Source: Rhynchobatus australiae (Eukaryota). From it: DNA of 64,000 bases. The stretch lies in the NCBI GenBank assembly GCA_034780895.1, contig JAUZTB010000077.1, forward strand, positions 11,585,094-11,649,093. Reading direction: 5' to 3'. How positions within the stretch are numbered: the first letter of the stretch is position 1; the number at the start of each line of letters is the position of its first letter. The translations under genes and the position numbers were made by a program. Positions 37,830 through 51,594 of this stretch are shown piece by piece. The notes below the pieces were generated by a model. The model was not told the origin of the DNA. It saw only the letters and a program-made list of their open reading frames with translations, and did not search any database.

Positions 37830-39170
37830 AAGCAATATACTGCACTTGCTGAAAACCTGATATAAAACAGAACATGCTGAAGATAGCCAACGGATCAGGC
37901 AGTATCTGTGGAGAGAGAAGCAGAGTTAAAGTTGCAGGTTATTGATCTGTCATCAGAACTGGCCAAAGACANNNNNNNNNNNNNNNNNNNNNNNNNNNNN
38001 NNNNNNNNNNNNNNNNNNNNNNNNNNNNNNNNNNNNNNNNNNNNNNNNNNNNNNNNNNNNNNNNNNNNNNNNNNNNNNNNNNNNNNNNNNNNNNNNNNNN
38101 NNNNNNNNNNNNNNNNNNNNNNNNNNNNNNNNNNNNNNNNNNNNNNNNNNNNNNNNNNNNNNNNNNNNNNNNNNNNNNNNNNNNNNNNNNNNNNNNNNNN
38201 NNNNNNNNNNNNNNNNNNNNNNNNNNNNNNNNNNNNNNNNNNNNNNNNNNNNNNNNNNNNNNNNNNNNNNNNNNNNNNNNNNNNNNNNNNNNNNNNNNNN
38301 NNNNNNNNNNNNNNNNNNNNNNNNNNNNNNNNNNNNNNNNNNNNNNNNNNNNNNNNNNNNNNNNNNNNNNNNNNNNNNNNNNNNNNNNNNNNNNNNNNNN
38401 NNNNNNNNNNNNNNNNNNNNNNNNNNNNNNNNNNNNNNNNNNNNNNNNNNNNNNNNNNNNNNNNNNNNNNNNNNNNNNNNNNNNNNNNNNNNNNNNNNNN
38501 NNNNNNNNNNNNNNNNNNNNNNNNNNNNNNNNNNNNNNNNNNNNNNNNNNNNNNNNNNNNNNNNNNATGCGCGTCCTCAATTTTGCCACCAGATCCCATG
38601 TTTTTTCAAGTCAAGATGGGAAGAAACCTGCAGCTAATGAATCAGACTGATTTACTTGTCCTACTTTTCCATTCCATACCACCCTGATTCTCTGTCTTCG
38701 GCCTCCTGTACCGTTCCAATGAAGCTCAACACGAGCTTGAGGAACAAAGCACATTTAATAGCCATCACAACTCAACACTGAGTTCACTTGTTTCAGATAA
38801 CCAATAATTCCAGTCTTTTTATCTCACATTTCCAACAATGATAAACTTCCATTATCTTTCTCTGCTGGTAAATCTGATAATTATTAGTCTTCCCCAATAT
38901 GCACCTCGTCTAGATCTTCATTTTATTATCCATAACCTTTACTATCCTTGTCCATCTTTTTGTCATTTAATTCCTCCTGCTCTCTATATTATCACAGACT
39001 TTCTTTGTGTTCTCTCAACACCCACCCCATTTTCTTTTCATATTAAAGTGTGTTTTTCTTCTGACTTCTCAGTTCTGATGAAAATTCATCAAGCAGGACC
39101 ACAGAATTAGTTTCCCTACTTTTCTCCATAGATATTGTCTGACCACTGAGTACTTACCACATTTTCATCA
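37830..39170 (+). mobile_element. Penelope-like element: inverted 5' pLTR, gap, GIY-YIG C-terminal relic, 3' pLTR
   Basis: Minus-strand pLTR at 37830-37965. Plus-strand SVFGLLYRSNEAQHELEEQSTF at about 38691-38756 (compare SVLGLLHC..EA.RKLEEQHLIF). Then a pyrimidine-rich spacer and CAGTTCTGATGAA...TCTCCATAGATATTGTCTGACC at 39070-39165. Confidence 0.75.
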
Positions 39171-39786
39171 TTGCACCACCAACTTTTTTTATCATTGCAG
39201 TAATTCTTCCTTCTTTCCTTTTTTTGTTTCCCAACAACTATCACTGCCTCTCCAATGGTTTAANNNNNNNNNNNNNNNNNNNNNNNNNNNNNNNNNNNNN
39301 NNNNNNNNNNNNNNNNNNNNNNNNNNNNNNNNNNNNNNNNNNNNNNNNNNNNNNNNNNNNNNNNNNNNNNNNNNNNNNNNNNNNNNNNNNNNNNNNNNNN
39401 NNNNNNNNNNNNNNNNNNNNNNNNNNNNNNNNNNNNNNNNNNNNNNNNNNNNNNNNNNNNNNNNNNNNNNNNNNNNNNNNNNNNNNNNNNNNNNNNNNNN
39501 NNNNNNNNNNNNNNNNNNNNNNNNNNNNNNNNNNNNNNNNNNNNNNNNNNNNNNNNNNNNNNNNNNNNNNNNNNNNNNNNNNNNNNNNNNNNNNNNNNNN
39601 NNNNNNNNNNNNNNNNNNNNNNNNNNNNNNNNNNNNNNNNNNNNNNNNNNNNNNNNNNNNNNNNNNNNNNNNNNNNNNNNNNNNNNNNNNNNNNNNNNNN
39701 NNNNNNNNNNNNNNNNNNNNNNNNNNNNNNNNNNNNNNNNNNNNNNNNNNNNNNNNNNNNNNNNNNNNNNNNNNNNNNNNNNNNNN

Positions 39787-40335
39787 CTCCAACCCTAGGC
39801 TGTGTGCATTTCACCCTATCAATGCCCCTCATAATTTTATACATGTTCATAAGATCATCCCTCATTCTCCTATGCTCCAATGAATAAAGTCCTAGCCTGC
39901 TCAACTTCTCTCTATAATTCAGTCCCTCGAGTCCTGGCAACATCCTCGCTAGTGTTTTCTGCACTCTTTACAGCTTAATGACATCTTTCCTATAACAGGG
40001 TGACCAAAACTGAACACAATATTCCAAATGGAACCTCACAAATGTCTTGTGCAACTGCAAAAAAAATCCCAACGTCTATACTTAATGTCCTGACTGATGA
40101 AGGCCAGCATGCCAGGAGCCTTCTTCACCACCCTGTCCACCTGTGATACCACTTTCAGGGAACTGTTCAATGTGAAAGTCCTACCCTCATTTGTCTTCCC
40201 AAAATGCAACACCTCACATTTATCCAAATGAAACTCCATTTGCCATTCCTCGGTCCACTTACCAGCTGATCAAGATCCCTCTGTCATTCCTGATAATGAT
40301 CTTCACTATCAATAACACCACCTATTTTAGTGCAC
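39787..40335 (-). mobile_element. CR1 LINE fragment
   Basis: ORFs read MEFHLDKCEVLHFGKTN...QVDRVVKKA and RMLPGLEGLNYREKLSRLGLYSLEHRRMR. Confidence 0.9.
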
Positions 40336-40699
40336 ATGCAAGATGTTTGTAAAAACTTCTCAGCTATAAATATTATCAAATAACTTTTGCTGAAGCTGAT
40401 AATCAGCTTCAAAATCCCAGGGAAATCCAATTGTCACAGTCCTGATGCATGCCNNNNNNNNNNNNNNNNNNNNNNNNNNNNNNNNNNNNNNNNNNNNNNN
40501 NNNNNNNNNNNNNNNNNNNNNNNNNNNNNNNNNNNNNNNNNNNNNNNNNNNNNGCTTCAAAATACCAGGGAAATCCAATTGTCACAGTACTGATGCATGC
40601 CTTTTCTGCATTATTACTCTCCTTGGTAGTTAAGTGGCTTCATGTAGCAGTATAAAAGTGAGATCAAGAAATGAAGCTCTGGCAGAACATTGCACCTTT

Positions 40700-40835
40700 C
40701 TATGAAGGTTCTGTCAAATGGTCTTCGACCTGACATATTAACTCTTTCCATAAATGCAGTCTGACCCTGTGAGAGACTCCAGCCTTGTCTGATTTTATTT
40801 CAGATTTCCAGTATCTGCGTCTTCTGCATTTTCAT
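40700..40835 (+). mobile_element. Solo Penelope-like terminal repeat
   Basis: GGTCTTCGACCTGACATATTAACTCT...TTTTATTTCAGATTTCCAGTATCTGC, homologous to 55989-56118. Confidence 0.6.
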
Positions 40836-41079
40836 TGCAGTTTTCCAGCCTCATGAAGCACAGACAGCAAAGTAATGCAAAGTTTGTCCCTCTGGCAATT
40901 AGCTTGGTCTCTTGGCAAAATGGAAAGTGGTCTTGTTTATGGATAACTAAGTAAACTGTGGACAGACATCAAGACTATTCTTTTGATCCTCTATACATAT
41001 CAATACGATGATGTGTTCCAGTGAGCATTCTCTAGCTCTGCTTGGGAAGTCTTCCTGAGGACTCTCATTGACGGATGTA

Positions 41080-41280
41080 ATCATGCAGCATAGAAACAAG
41101 CCCTTACAGCCACTTCATCCATGTTGACCTCAATGCCTATCCACACTAAACCCATTTGCCCACATCCCTCTACACCTTTCCTATCAAATTGCCTGTCCAA
41201 ATGCTTTCTAAACATAACCGGACCTGCCTCTATCACCTCCTTTGGCAGCTTGTTCCAGATAACCACCGCTATCTGTGTCA
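41080..41280 (-). mobile_element. CR1 3' tail
   Basis: ORF reads WNKLPKEVIEAG...FRKHLDR, with reversed tail CAGCATAGAAACAAGCCC. Confidence 0.75.
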
Positions 41281-41954
41281 AGAACATACACAATGACTGG
41301 ATGCTCAAAAAGTAGGATGTCTGCCTGAATGGTAACCCATGAAGAACCCACCAATCACATCCAAGAATGATATAATGGAAACCATGTCAACCAGATGTAG
41401 TGTAGGGCAAGCCCTTGGCTACACAATGGTATAGTTGTCACGTTCTCTCAATTGGCTTTGGTGTATTGTGTTTTACACCAACTTCTCCCACTAACCCAAA
41501 ATGTATTATCAAATTCTCGCCTCAATCAAAATATGATCTGTCTCCAACTGAGCACAAATAATAATGGCCAAATGAGGTCAAAGGTCACATTGACTGATCT
41601 CCAGTTGCCCTCTTCATGAGGTCAAGAAAAAGTGAGATGAAGTTTTCGCATTAAGCACGTCAAGGACTGTTTGAAGGTGGGATACCAGTTGCATCATTGT
41701 CTGTTGATTCTTACCAAATGTTTTGCTTTAAATGTTATATTTAGAGCAAATATATTTAATTAAAAAGAATTTATGGATCACATGGCTGTGTTTCCCTATT
41801 CCTATGCTTGCCAGCTTTTTTTTCACTAAAGGGAATGGTTAGGTGAGTGCAGAGGCAGACAGCATGGCCTTATGTTTAAATAGCCTATTAGCAGGGGTAC
41901 AATAATGTAAGATTTCACCTGATGGGAATTTGTAGAGGAAAATTGAAAGGAAAG

Positions 41955-42335
41955 AACCTACATTTCTAGTTCACCTTTTGTGACCTCAGGATGTCTCAGT
42001 GTACTTTCCAGCCAGCAAAGTATGTTCCTTTGAAGTCTGGTCACTGTTGTAATATAACAAAAATAGCAGGCAAGTTGTGCACAGCAAGGTCCTACAAACA
42101 GCAAAGAGGCAATGATCAGATAATGTATTTTGACAACGGGCTCAGGCACGGGGAAATTACCCTCCCTTTTTACCCTCGTTTTGCATCACAGATTATTCAA
42201 CATCAATCCTGAGAGGGTAGAGGGCCCTCGATCTAACATCTTGCCTTATACTTAACACATCTGACAAGTTTCGATGGTTTGGTTTGAACCCACATCTCAG
42301 AGCAGATAATGTAACCCACTGAGCCAAGCTGAGTA
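41955..42335 (-). mobile_element. Deu-domain SINE (SacSINE1-like)
   Basis: TGACCTCAGGATGTCTCA...TGTGCACAGCAAGGTCCTACAAACAGC...GAGAGGGTAGAGGGCCCTCG...ACCCACTGAGCCAAGCTGA gives the tail, Deu core and tRNA head in reverse. Confidence 0.75.
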
Positions 42336-43023
42336 TCATTTTTTTTAAATGGGTAAAAATTGTAAGAAGATGGAAGATTAACTCAAAACATTGTGTATCT
42401 GGTAGAGTCCTGAGTGACAAATTTTAAAGCAATATTCTGAGGCAGGAAGATGCTGNNNNNNNNNNNNNNNNNNNNNNNNNNNNNNNNNNNNNNNNNNNNN
42501 NNNNNNNNNNNNNNNNNNNNNNNNNNNNNNNNNNNNNNNNNNNNNNNNNNNNNNNNNNNNNNNNNNNNNNNNNNNNNNNNNNNNNNNNNNNNNNNNNNNN
42601 NNNNNNNNNNNNNNNNNNNNNNNNNNNNNNNNNNNNNNNNNNNNNNNNNNNNNNNNNNNNNNNNNNNNNNNNNNNNNNNNNNNNNNNNNNNNNNNNNNNN
42701 NNNNNNNNNNNNNNNNNNNNNNNNNNNNNNNNNNNNNNNNNNNNNNNNNNNNNNNNNNNNNNNNNNNNNNNNNNNNNNNNNNNNNNNNNNNNNNNNNNNN
42801 NNNNNNNNNNNNNNNNNNNNNNNNNNNNNNNNNNNNNNNNNNNNNNNNNNNNNNNNNNNNNNNNNNNNNNNNNNNNNNNNNNNNNNNNNNNNNNNNNNNN
42901 NNNNNNNNNNNNNNNNNNNNNNNNNNNNNNNNNNNNNNNNNNNNNNNNNNNNNNNNNNNNNNNNNNNNNNNNNNNNNNNNNNNNNNNNNNNNNNNNNNNN
43001 NNNNNNNNNNNNNNNNNNNNNNN

Positions 43024-43395
43024 CAAGTCCTTCTTCAGACTCCCTGCTTCCTCAACACTACCTGACCCTCCACCTATCCTTGTATCATCTGCAAACTTGG
43101 CCACAAAGCCCTCAATTCCATCATGCAGATCATTAACATAAAATGTGAAAAGTAGCAGATCCAACACCAACCTCTGTGGAACACCACCAGTCACCGACAG
43201 CTAATGAGAATAGGCTCCCTTTATTCCCACCCATTGGCTGACTGGCAGAAGGCAAACTTCTATCCATGCTAGTACTTTTCCTGTAATACTATGGGCTCCT
43301 ATTTTGTTTAGCAGCCTCATGTGCAGTACCTTGTCAAAGACCCTTTGAAATTCCAAGTAAACAACATCCAATAACTTTCCTTTGTCTATCCTGCT
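43024..43395 (-). mobile_element. CR1 LINE RT fragment
   Basis: ORF reads GVPQRLVLDLLLFTFYVNDLHDGIEGFVAKFADDTRIGG. Confidence 0.9.
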
Positions 43396-43409
43396 TTGGA
43401 GGATACATT

Positions 43410-43900
43410 ACATAGAACGTAGAACAGTACAGCACTGGACAGGCCATTAAGCCCATGATACTGTGCCAATCTTGATGCCAATTTATACTTAATATCCTCT
43501 TCTTGTGTACCATCCAGATCCCTCCATTCCCTTCATATGAATAAAAGCCTCTTAAACTCCACCAAACTGCCTGCTTCCACTACTACCCCGGTAACCCATT
43601 CCAGGTACCTACCACTCTCTACGTAAAATATTTACCCCTCATGTGGCCTTTAAACTCCCCCCCCACTAACTTTAAAAGCATGTCCTCTGGTGTTTGACAT
43701 TTCTACCCTGGGGAAAAGATTCTGACTGTTTACTCTATCTATGTCTCTCATAATTTTAAAAACCTCCATCAGGTCTCCCCTCAGCCTCAGACGCTCTAGC
43801 ACAAACAACCCAAGTTTGTCCAACCTTTCCTTATAGCTCATGCCCTCTAATCCACGCAGCAACCGGGTAAGCCTCTTCTGCACCCTTTCCACAGCCTCCA
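43410..43900 (-). mobile_element. CR1 LINE 3' fragment
   Basis: ORF reads ERVQKRLTRLLRGLEGMSYKERLDKLGLFVLERLRLRGDLMEVFKIM. Reversed tail CATAGAACGTAGAACAGTACAGCAC. Confidence 0.92.
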
Positions 43901-45404
43901 CAATTGGAGTCTCTCAAACAGTCTCACATTGACAAAATTAAGCCAACGTATTAAAATTAAGCCAACTATTTAAAATTAATGATAAATGAACAAAGTGCTC
44001 GAATTATGCATCATCGTGCTTTTTTAAATGGCTGCAGGGTCTAGGAGGAATTATTGGCAGATAAAAGAAAAATGTTTGGAAAAAAATTGCCAAAGAGTAT
44101 GAGAATTTAGATAGATCACGTGCAAGAATCACTGATATGGTTATTAAAATATCTTAACTTACAGACTCTGGGTTCTATCAGAGTCAAGCCTTAAAATTTA
44201 TGTCTAAATTAAACTTGCAATATCCGTTCTCACAACTGCTGCAGCAGAACCTCATTCATCTGTCATTCCATATCAGCACTCTCCTCTAAAGCATCTGCTG
44301 AAGTCAGGGTTTTGTGCTCGGAGACCAGCAATGGTCAGGACTGCTACCACTTGTGAATGAAGTAACAGATCTTTGCATTCAAACTGAAGTTACTTTAAAA
44401 CAACCTCCAAAAGAATATGTGGATACATTTGCTTGTCTACAAGTCATTCAAGTTTCTGAAAGTTATTTAAGTTTCTGAGATGTATTTTTCAGTATGGACA
44501 CAAAAATGTTGAAAGAACCACTCTACAGATAGTTCGGGTTAGGCTAAGAGTGACTAAACCCATGTAGCTCAGGNNNNNNNNNNNNNNNNNNNNNNNNNNN
44601 NNNNNNNNNNNNNNNNNNNNNNNNNNNNNNNNNNNNNNNNNNNNNNNNNNNNNNNNNNNNNNNNNNNNNNNNNGACTAAACCCATGTAGCTCAGGAACTT
44701 CCACTGCCTGATCAGTGCTGAGTTAACTAATCTAAGCCAAAAGTGGATGTGTAACTATCAGAGCCTCTTAGCCAAGCTGGCTTAGGAACTGGCTGATTTT
44801 CATCTTGATAACCCTCAGGGTGAAAGGGATACAGTGGTAGGTGGGAATTAGGTACAGGTCCAAGGCTGAGTATGGCTTGATACTCCTTTAGTTGACTAGT
44901 CTACTGCTCCTAGTAGTCCAAACTGGGGACAGTCATTTGGGTGAAATGCTTGAGAAGGCCAAGAACTGGATATCAGCTGGAGTGTAAAATTAAAAACAGA
45001 TCCAAACCCAGCACAACATGGCCAATCTGAATCTGACCCAAGTCTGAAGACATAATTACTCTGACCTGACCCAACCCTGCCACCAGCATCTAGAATTATT
45101 TCCTGGGTGGGGCAACAAGGACAAGACACCTAGCTCTCTTACACAGCATTGCAGAGCCCCTACGTGGGCCCCACTACATGGATTAGTGAACTTACTTTAT
45201 TTATAAAATCTTTAGCATTAGTGCATGTAGTTATAAAGGCCCAGCCTGCCTTGATCCAAACTGAGCCTGAAAACTTGTAATACTTGTCAAATCTTATTCA
45301 ACGCAAGCCTGAACATTGTTAGGTCCTGTCAGACTGATTAACTAGACTGTCCCTGGAACACAAGGATTGTAATGAGTCAGAGTTTAACTGTAGCTTCAAC
45401 TGGA

Positions 45405-45510
45405 TCAGTGGTAGTTGGAAGATCAAGGGTTCAAGTCCAAGTGTGCAAACTTGAGCACCTGAAATTGGTTACCTTCAGTGCTGAACTGAGAGAGTCATGC
45501 ACCATGGGAA
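45405..45510 (+). mobile_element. Deu-SINE 5' fragment
   Basis: GGGTTCAAGTCC...ACTTGAGCAC...TTCAGTGCTGAACTGAGAGAG resembles the SacSINE1/AmnSINE1 head. Confidence 0.4.
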
Positions 45511-48500
45511 ATGGCAGCCTGACAACAGCAGTCTCAAGAAGGCTCAAAATATGGTCACTGCACAGTGCATCAAATGGCTGATGCTGCAAACTTCAAAAGC
45601 AACCCAGTCTTCAAGTCTCTCCAGAATAAGGTCCAACGCCTCATGCATTACACTTGTATCTTCATATGTTGCAGAGCCCCTGGGACCAGATGCAGATGGG
45701 ATGGTGGGGTGGGGGAGAGGAGGAGGTGGCAAAGGAGGCTGGAGGTGTGAAGATGGCAGTGGAGGTTATTGACAGTCAGCTATAAGAGGATAATGGCCTG
45801 GGAAATAGGGATTGGCCATGAAGGATTTGAGATGGGTTGGGTATGGGGGTAGGAGAATATAGGGTTTGAAGATTCTGGTCATTGTCCAGGACATTGGAAT
45901 GTCAGGTTATCAGATGATCAGATGATGAGACAATCAGAATGTTGGAGGTTGGACAATTGGAGATTTGGGCAATCATTATATCAGAGGATCAGATGCTAAA
46001 GATATTGGAGGGTCAGGCATTTTTTTGATCAGAGGATGGGGCAATCATTGGCAGGTAATAGGACATTAACGTCAAGGTTTTAAGTGATCAGGACATCAAA
46101 GAGTTAGATGATGGAAACCAGAAGGTCTGGCAATCAGGTCATCAGAGGGTTCAAGCAATTAGAGGTCTGGGGACATAGGAGAGTCAGACCAAAAAGGCAA
46201 ACAGGGGCTCAGTTAATTGTAGAGCTGGGATTTGTGGGTGAGATGTATTGTGGCATGGTAGGAGCTGGATGGGGTGCCTGGCAAATAATAGGTTAAAAGG
46301 GGAGGTTCTGGTGGGGGTCCCAGCCTAGTTCTGCACGATGAAAATAGTTGTCTCAGGACTGATCAATGATGTTCACACCTGGGGCAATGTGGGCTAACTT
46401 CCTCCACAATTCTTCAAAAGGGAGCAATGTGACTTAGTGTGCATCCAACTCTGAAGTTGCATCAGATGCACAAGTAGGACTCATATCAGGAACTGCCCAG
46501 TCAAATTTCCAGAGAAGCACAAAACAACTCAGAAACGTGATTGTGTCTCACCAGCTTTAATAGTGAGGAACTGTAATAAACAGTTCCACATGATCAAATT
46601 TCTGGCCTGTAGCTTTCTGATGCAATGTTAAATAACTCTGCTACTTTACCTTCTAATGTAAATTAAATTTGAATCTAATGGCATTTTAAAAAATTTTTAT
46701 ATTTTTAAGTAACTTTTTAAAATTATTTTAATTAATTGAAACAGTGAAATATCCCAAGGCCATTTGGTTCCACCACCTAATGCCTGGTTGCCACTTGGAG
46801 CCCACTCAGGCTTGGAGTGGAGACCTCGGATACAATGGATCCCCTGAGTCAGGAAAAGGTTGGGATAGCTGTTGCAATCACGTTGGGTGGGGGTGNNNNN
46901 NNNNNNNNNNNNNNNNNNNNNNNNNNNNNNNNNGTGGATTTTATTTCAAAAAATTAGGTCAGACCTTGAGAAGCTGACTTTAGTTTCCACTGATTGTTCA
47001 GCTGGAAACCTACTGAAAGACTGCACATCTGGCAAATTTTGCAGCATTGGTAAGCTACTGTTGCACACTTGCCTCTAGAAAGCCAGAGATCGAGTGTGTG
47101 ATAAGTAGGTTTTGTCTTCTCATTCAAAAGGTTGCCTCCCACAAATGCAGAGTCAATACTAAAATATCTTACTTGTGAAAATGCTACATTAGCAAACATC
47201 TGTATGACAAAATACAGAAGCAGGAGAAAAACTACTTGACAGTATGCACTTACTGAGATAAATGGAGCTGAAATTTCTCAAATTTTTGAACCATCATCAA
47301 TATGAAAATCAGTAGTTTCATGGTATGTGTTTTTAGTTTGATGGAAGTAAATTTATATGGACTAATTACAGATTTGCAATGTAAAGAATGAGATCAGATA
47401 ATATCATACACCATGAGAGCAAAACTCAGGCTATTTGTAATTATCTTAACCTCATGATTAGATTGATTTGTGGACATATGTCATTAATCACCAGCTGTCT
47501 CTTTGACATGATGTTGTCATGTTCAGGCCTAAAAATACTTCTCAGACACTGCACTGAAGGACTGGCAGTAGCTTTTTGATAATAAAATAACTGGTTAGAG
47601 TATCTGCAGAATCACTCTTGAACCAAGTCTGTCTAGAGTTTGGGGAGATGCATGGAATGCGGGTAGAGCCAGTGTGGCCCATTTGATTTACAAAGGAAAG
47701 TTAGTAAATGGAAAGAAAGATAAGCCTAGGAGGGAACCATGATGCAGGTGGTTTAGGATTTGACTACAGGCCCTTTTGTCAAAAGAGATGGACCTCTTTA
47801 TTGTTGAGTAGTAATTGTGGTTGTAGCTTTTGTGTAACTGAATCCTTTCCCATTTTCCTCATAGGGAGTATATGATAATCCAAATCATTTTTGACTTTAC
47901 AACATTTAAAACAGCACCATCATCAAAAGTTTTGCTGTCAGTCTGACCCCGGGTGCAAAAGTCATGTTGCATTTCATTTTTCTGTAGCAATTAGGGAGAA
48001 AGTGACATTTGGGAAAAAGGTTTTGTGTGCAGGCTTTGCAAATAATTAAACTAAAAATAACAAAGAATTAATTGAAAAGGGAAAAACCTGGAGGACTATT
48101 AATGTATGTAAAGTGATATTGCATTATAATACAATTTCTTCCTTTGACTATTTTAAAAGAGGTATTAACCATCCCAAGATTAACTCAACACCTGTTGTAA
48201 ATTGGGAGAATGAAAATTCTTGCAAATGTTTTATTTGGCCAGTGTGATTATGGTAAAGCAAAATCAAAATTGACATGCATAGTGAATGGTTAACATAGGA
48301 TTAGCTCAAGAAATCTATACATTGTTTAAAACTTTGTATAGGGTATGTGGTTCCCATGATAAATCCTACAACTTTCTGGTTAAGCAACATCTCTGATTAT
48401 AAATCAAGTCAACAATTGCCGTTGAATTTTGTTCTGCCAGATATCACCATATGGCTATTGGTGATATCGCAGATTTGAGTAATAAGTTTTTAGAGATTGG

Positions 48501-51500
48501 CTGCAGTTAGGTTTTGTTATTAAACTTAATTAGTTTTAAATCCCATCACCTTTCCTATTACCATTTTTGATGTTTTCCGTTAGCTTTCTTTTGAACACCT
48601 TTTCCTCTGCTTTTTCTATTTTTTATTCTCAGGACTGTGTTCCAGTGACAGTCCTCTAGGTTATGCAAGAAATATGACAATTGGCTGAGCCCCTACTCTT
48701 TAGCCTTTATAGTCTCGGCTGTCTCTACAAACAGGCTGCAGTCCACAGCTTCCCATTGCTTTGCTGAGGCAGTGACTCTATTCTCAGGCCATCTCCTTTA
48801 TTTGGCTTCAAGTGTAGCTCTTGGCTGTACAAAAAAAAAATTAATACATACCGCTACTCCATGCTTTTCAGCCTTAGGGTATCTAGCTGTGCATAACAAA
48901 GATATTACATGCTCCCTCACTATTTGTCCAGCTGTGTTCTGGTTTCCTTTTTAAAATGGTAAAAGCTGAAACAGAATGAATATTGCTTCCAGAACACTTA
49001 AAGTAATACTCCCAATGCTAAATGAGAAATTGTTCTAGTTCAACAGCAAACTACACCAGAATAGGGTTAATGATTCACTATTCAGAAAGAAATCAAGAGG
49101 AAAATAAAGTGTATTTTGCAACCCAAGCAATGTAATGTTGAAGTGCAGATGTAGGTGCATTTGAGAGGGTAAAAGGTTGGGCTTGTCTTGGATGATTTCT
49201 CTGGTGTAGAAGTCTGTTGTTAATTTTTCTTTAGGCTTGCACCAGAATAGCCACCCAAGTGAGATGCCAAAGGACATCCAAAGCCTTCCAGTTACACTGC
49301 AAGGGGAAGCCAGAACATTCATGTCTCAGGCTAACATTGAAGTTTGCACCAAATCTCCATTAACAAAGCCACTTGTGCATAATTTCCAAGTGCCAATAAA
49401 CTAAAACAGTTTCATCTGGACCAAACACAAAAAGCTAAGTGAACCCAGCGTAAGCCAAATANNNNNNNNNNNNNNNNNNNNNNNNNNNNNNNNNNNNNNN
49501 NNNNNNNNNNNNNNNNNNNNNNNNNNNNNNNNNNNNNNNNNNNNNNNNNNNNNNNNNNNNNGTAAGCCAAATATGTATTTTGAAACCACTTTGGAATTTG
49601 AGTCTACAATGACATAATTCTTTTTCTCTCTAATTGTAACACATGCACCTGTCCATGCTGCTTATCATCAGTACTATCTGGTTACTAAAACCTCAAGTGT
49701 AATCCACTTTGTAGAGAGTGCTGCCTAGAAATTCAAGTGTACCTTAAAGGGAATGGTATTAACATGGTAAAACAACCATCATTATGGCTGTTGTCCCACC
49801 ACAACAAAAATGAATTGCAGCTAAGACAGACCCAGGATCTAGGTTGCAAGTTAGTTGAAAGTGTGCTGCCTATTCCTCTTCTCCAAATCCAGCCTGATGC
49901 TAGGTCTGTAGGCTTGGATTAGCAACTGACGCCAGTGGCATTCCATGCAGCAGGGCACTTGTGGTGGGGAGGGGACAATCAGGGAGGAGATTAGTATGTG
50001 TAAGGAGGCAAAGGGAGGGTGAATTAGGGAGCAGGACAGTGGGGAAGGTAGGTCATTTGGGAAGAGGGGCTTGACATGGTGGGGAGGGACATTTGAATTA
50101 TGATCAGTTCTATACTGGAAAGAGGAGGCAGAAAATTGGATTGGGGGCATTAGGCAATCAATACAATCAGTATTCAGGTGTATAGTTAACATACTTGCAG
50201 GCCTCTCAGTTGAGCACTGTGGAATTCAGATCATGTTGTCCCAGAAGTGCTCTGCAGACAACATCATCCAGGTTCCCATAGGGATTGATGTCATCACCTT
50301 GAAGTCATGAGTTTGACTCATAACACGATATGTTTGGTTTAATTTCACGATTGCTGTGATTTGACCCTGAAAATGTTATAAATCTGATTTACTCCAAATT
50401 AAAATGACCTGTGATCATATAGCGACAAGCAATCAAAATTCTCGGCATGCTTGTCCTTCCAGAGAATATCAGTTTCTGCCACATTCAAATAACTGGTTTT
50501 GTTCATGTTTTGGATGTTTTTAAACTTATTCACCCCTTAGTATACTATTATTTCAAAGACACTTGATGAGCAGGGTCAAAGGTAGGCTGGTCTATTTTCA
50601 CATTATGATATGCACTTTGCAAATATCTGTCATGACTTAATAGCAGCCACTAGGTCTGCATCTTAAAAGACTGTCTCTCATATCTATCCAGACACTGTCA
50701 AAATGAACACCACTTAGTTTGATAAATGGCACAAGTTTCTTAGTTAAGTATAGAGAACAGGTGCATCAAGTGTTGAAAAATCTCAACTGCNNNNNNNNNN
50801 NNNNNNNNNNNNNNNNNNNNNNNNNNNNNNNNNNNNNNNNNNNNNNNNNNNNNNNNNNNNNNNNNNNNNNNNNNNNNNNNNNNNNNNNNNGGATGGGTGT
50901 TTCCTGTTGGATTGGAGAACTGACTGAGCTGCAGTTACAGTGGAGTTGCCCCAGTTGATTGAATACGAAACTAACACATGCATATGGCTTCTTAATTACC
51001 TGTATATATGGCACACTGCAGGTGCACTGTCTACAGTTGCCTGATAATCCCAGGGTACAAAAATATTAGCTGTGCTGCTAAATTTGTACAAGCCCTAAAT
51101 TTTTTTAACCATTTGCTGATCCTTGCTGTGCTATTGAGAGCTACTGTATATAGTTTAACATGCTATATTTTTACCATATAAAGGCTACCAGAAATCTCCA
51201 CCAAGATATTTTTATGTTAATTTATTGATCCACATTGAGGAGTCACTATGATATATAATTGGTCTAGCACACAGAAAACTTTATTCCCCTTTTCCAATTT
51301 TTCATATTTTCCTGAAGACACTGACTTCTGCCAGAGTTTACTTCCTTGGTTACACAGTTCCCTTCTGTTCCTTGGACAGTGAAGACTGGTAACCACACTC
51401 CATTCATCAACCAACTATCTATACATCCTAGCAGGAACACTGAGCAATGATCAATAGAAATCTTGCCGTAATTTTCCATTTCTTTGCTCAATGTGGCGAA

Positions 51501-51594
51501 TTATCAAGCCATTCCTGTAGTTTCTCCACATAACTAAAATAATTGCAATTCAAGTGCTTGTCTTTAATTTATTGTCTTTCTCTGAGTGCTCTCT

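Noticed and set aside
43935-43980. AAAATTAAGCCAAC repeated at about 19-bp spacing
   Set aside because: A simple local slippage duplication with no further structure.
45850-46200. Purine-rich GATCAG-type degenerate repeats with short ORFs
   Set aside because: Low-complexity decayed minisatellite-like sequence with no consistent unit or coding signal.
48433-48473. Hairpin GATATCACCA...TGGTGATATC as a possible pre-miRNA
   Set aside because: The 10-bp perfect stem with a short extension is too small for a pre-miRNA and is plausible by chance.
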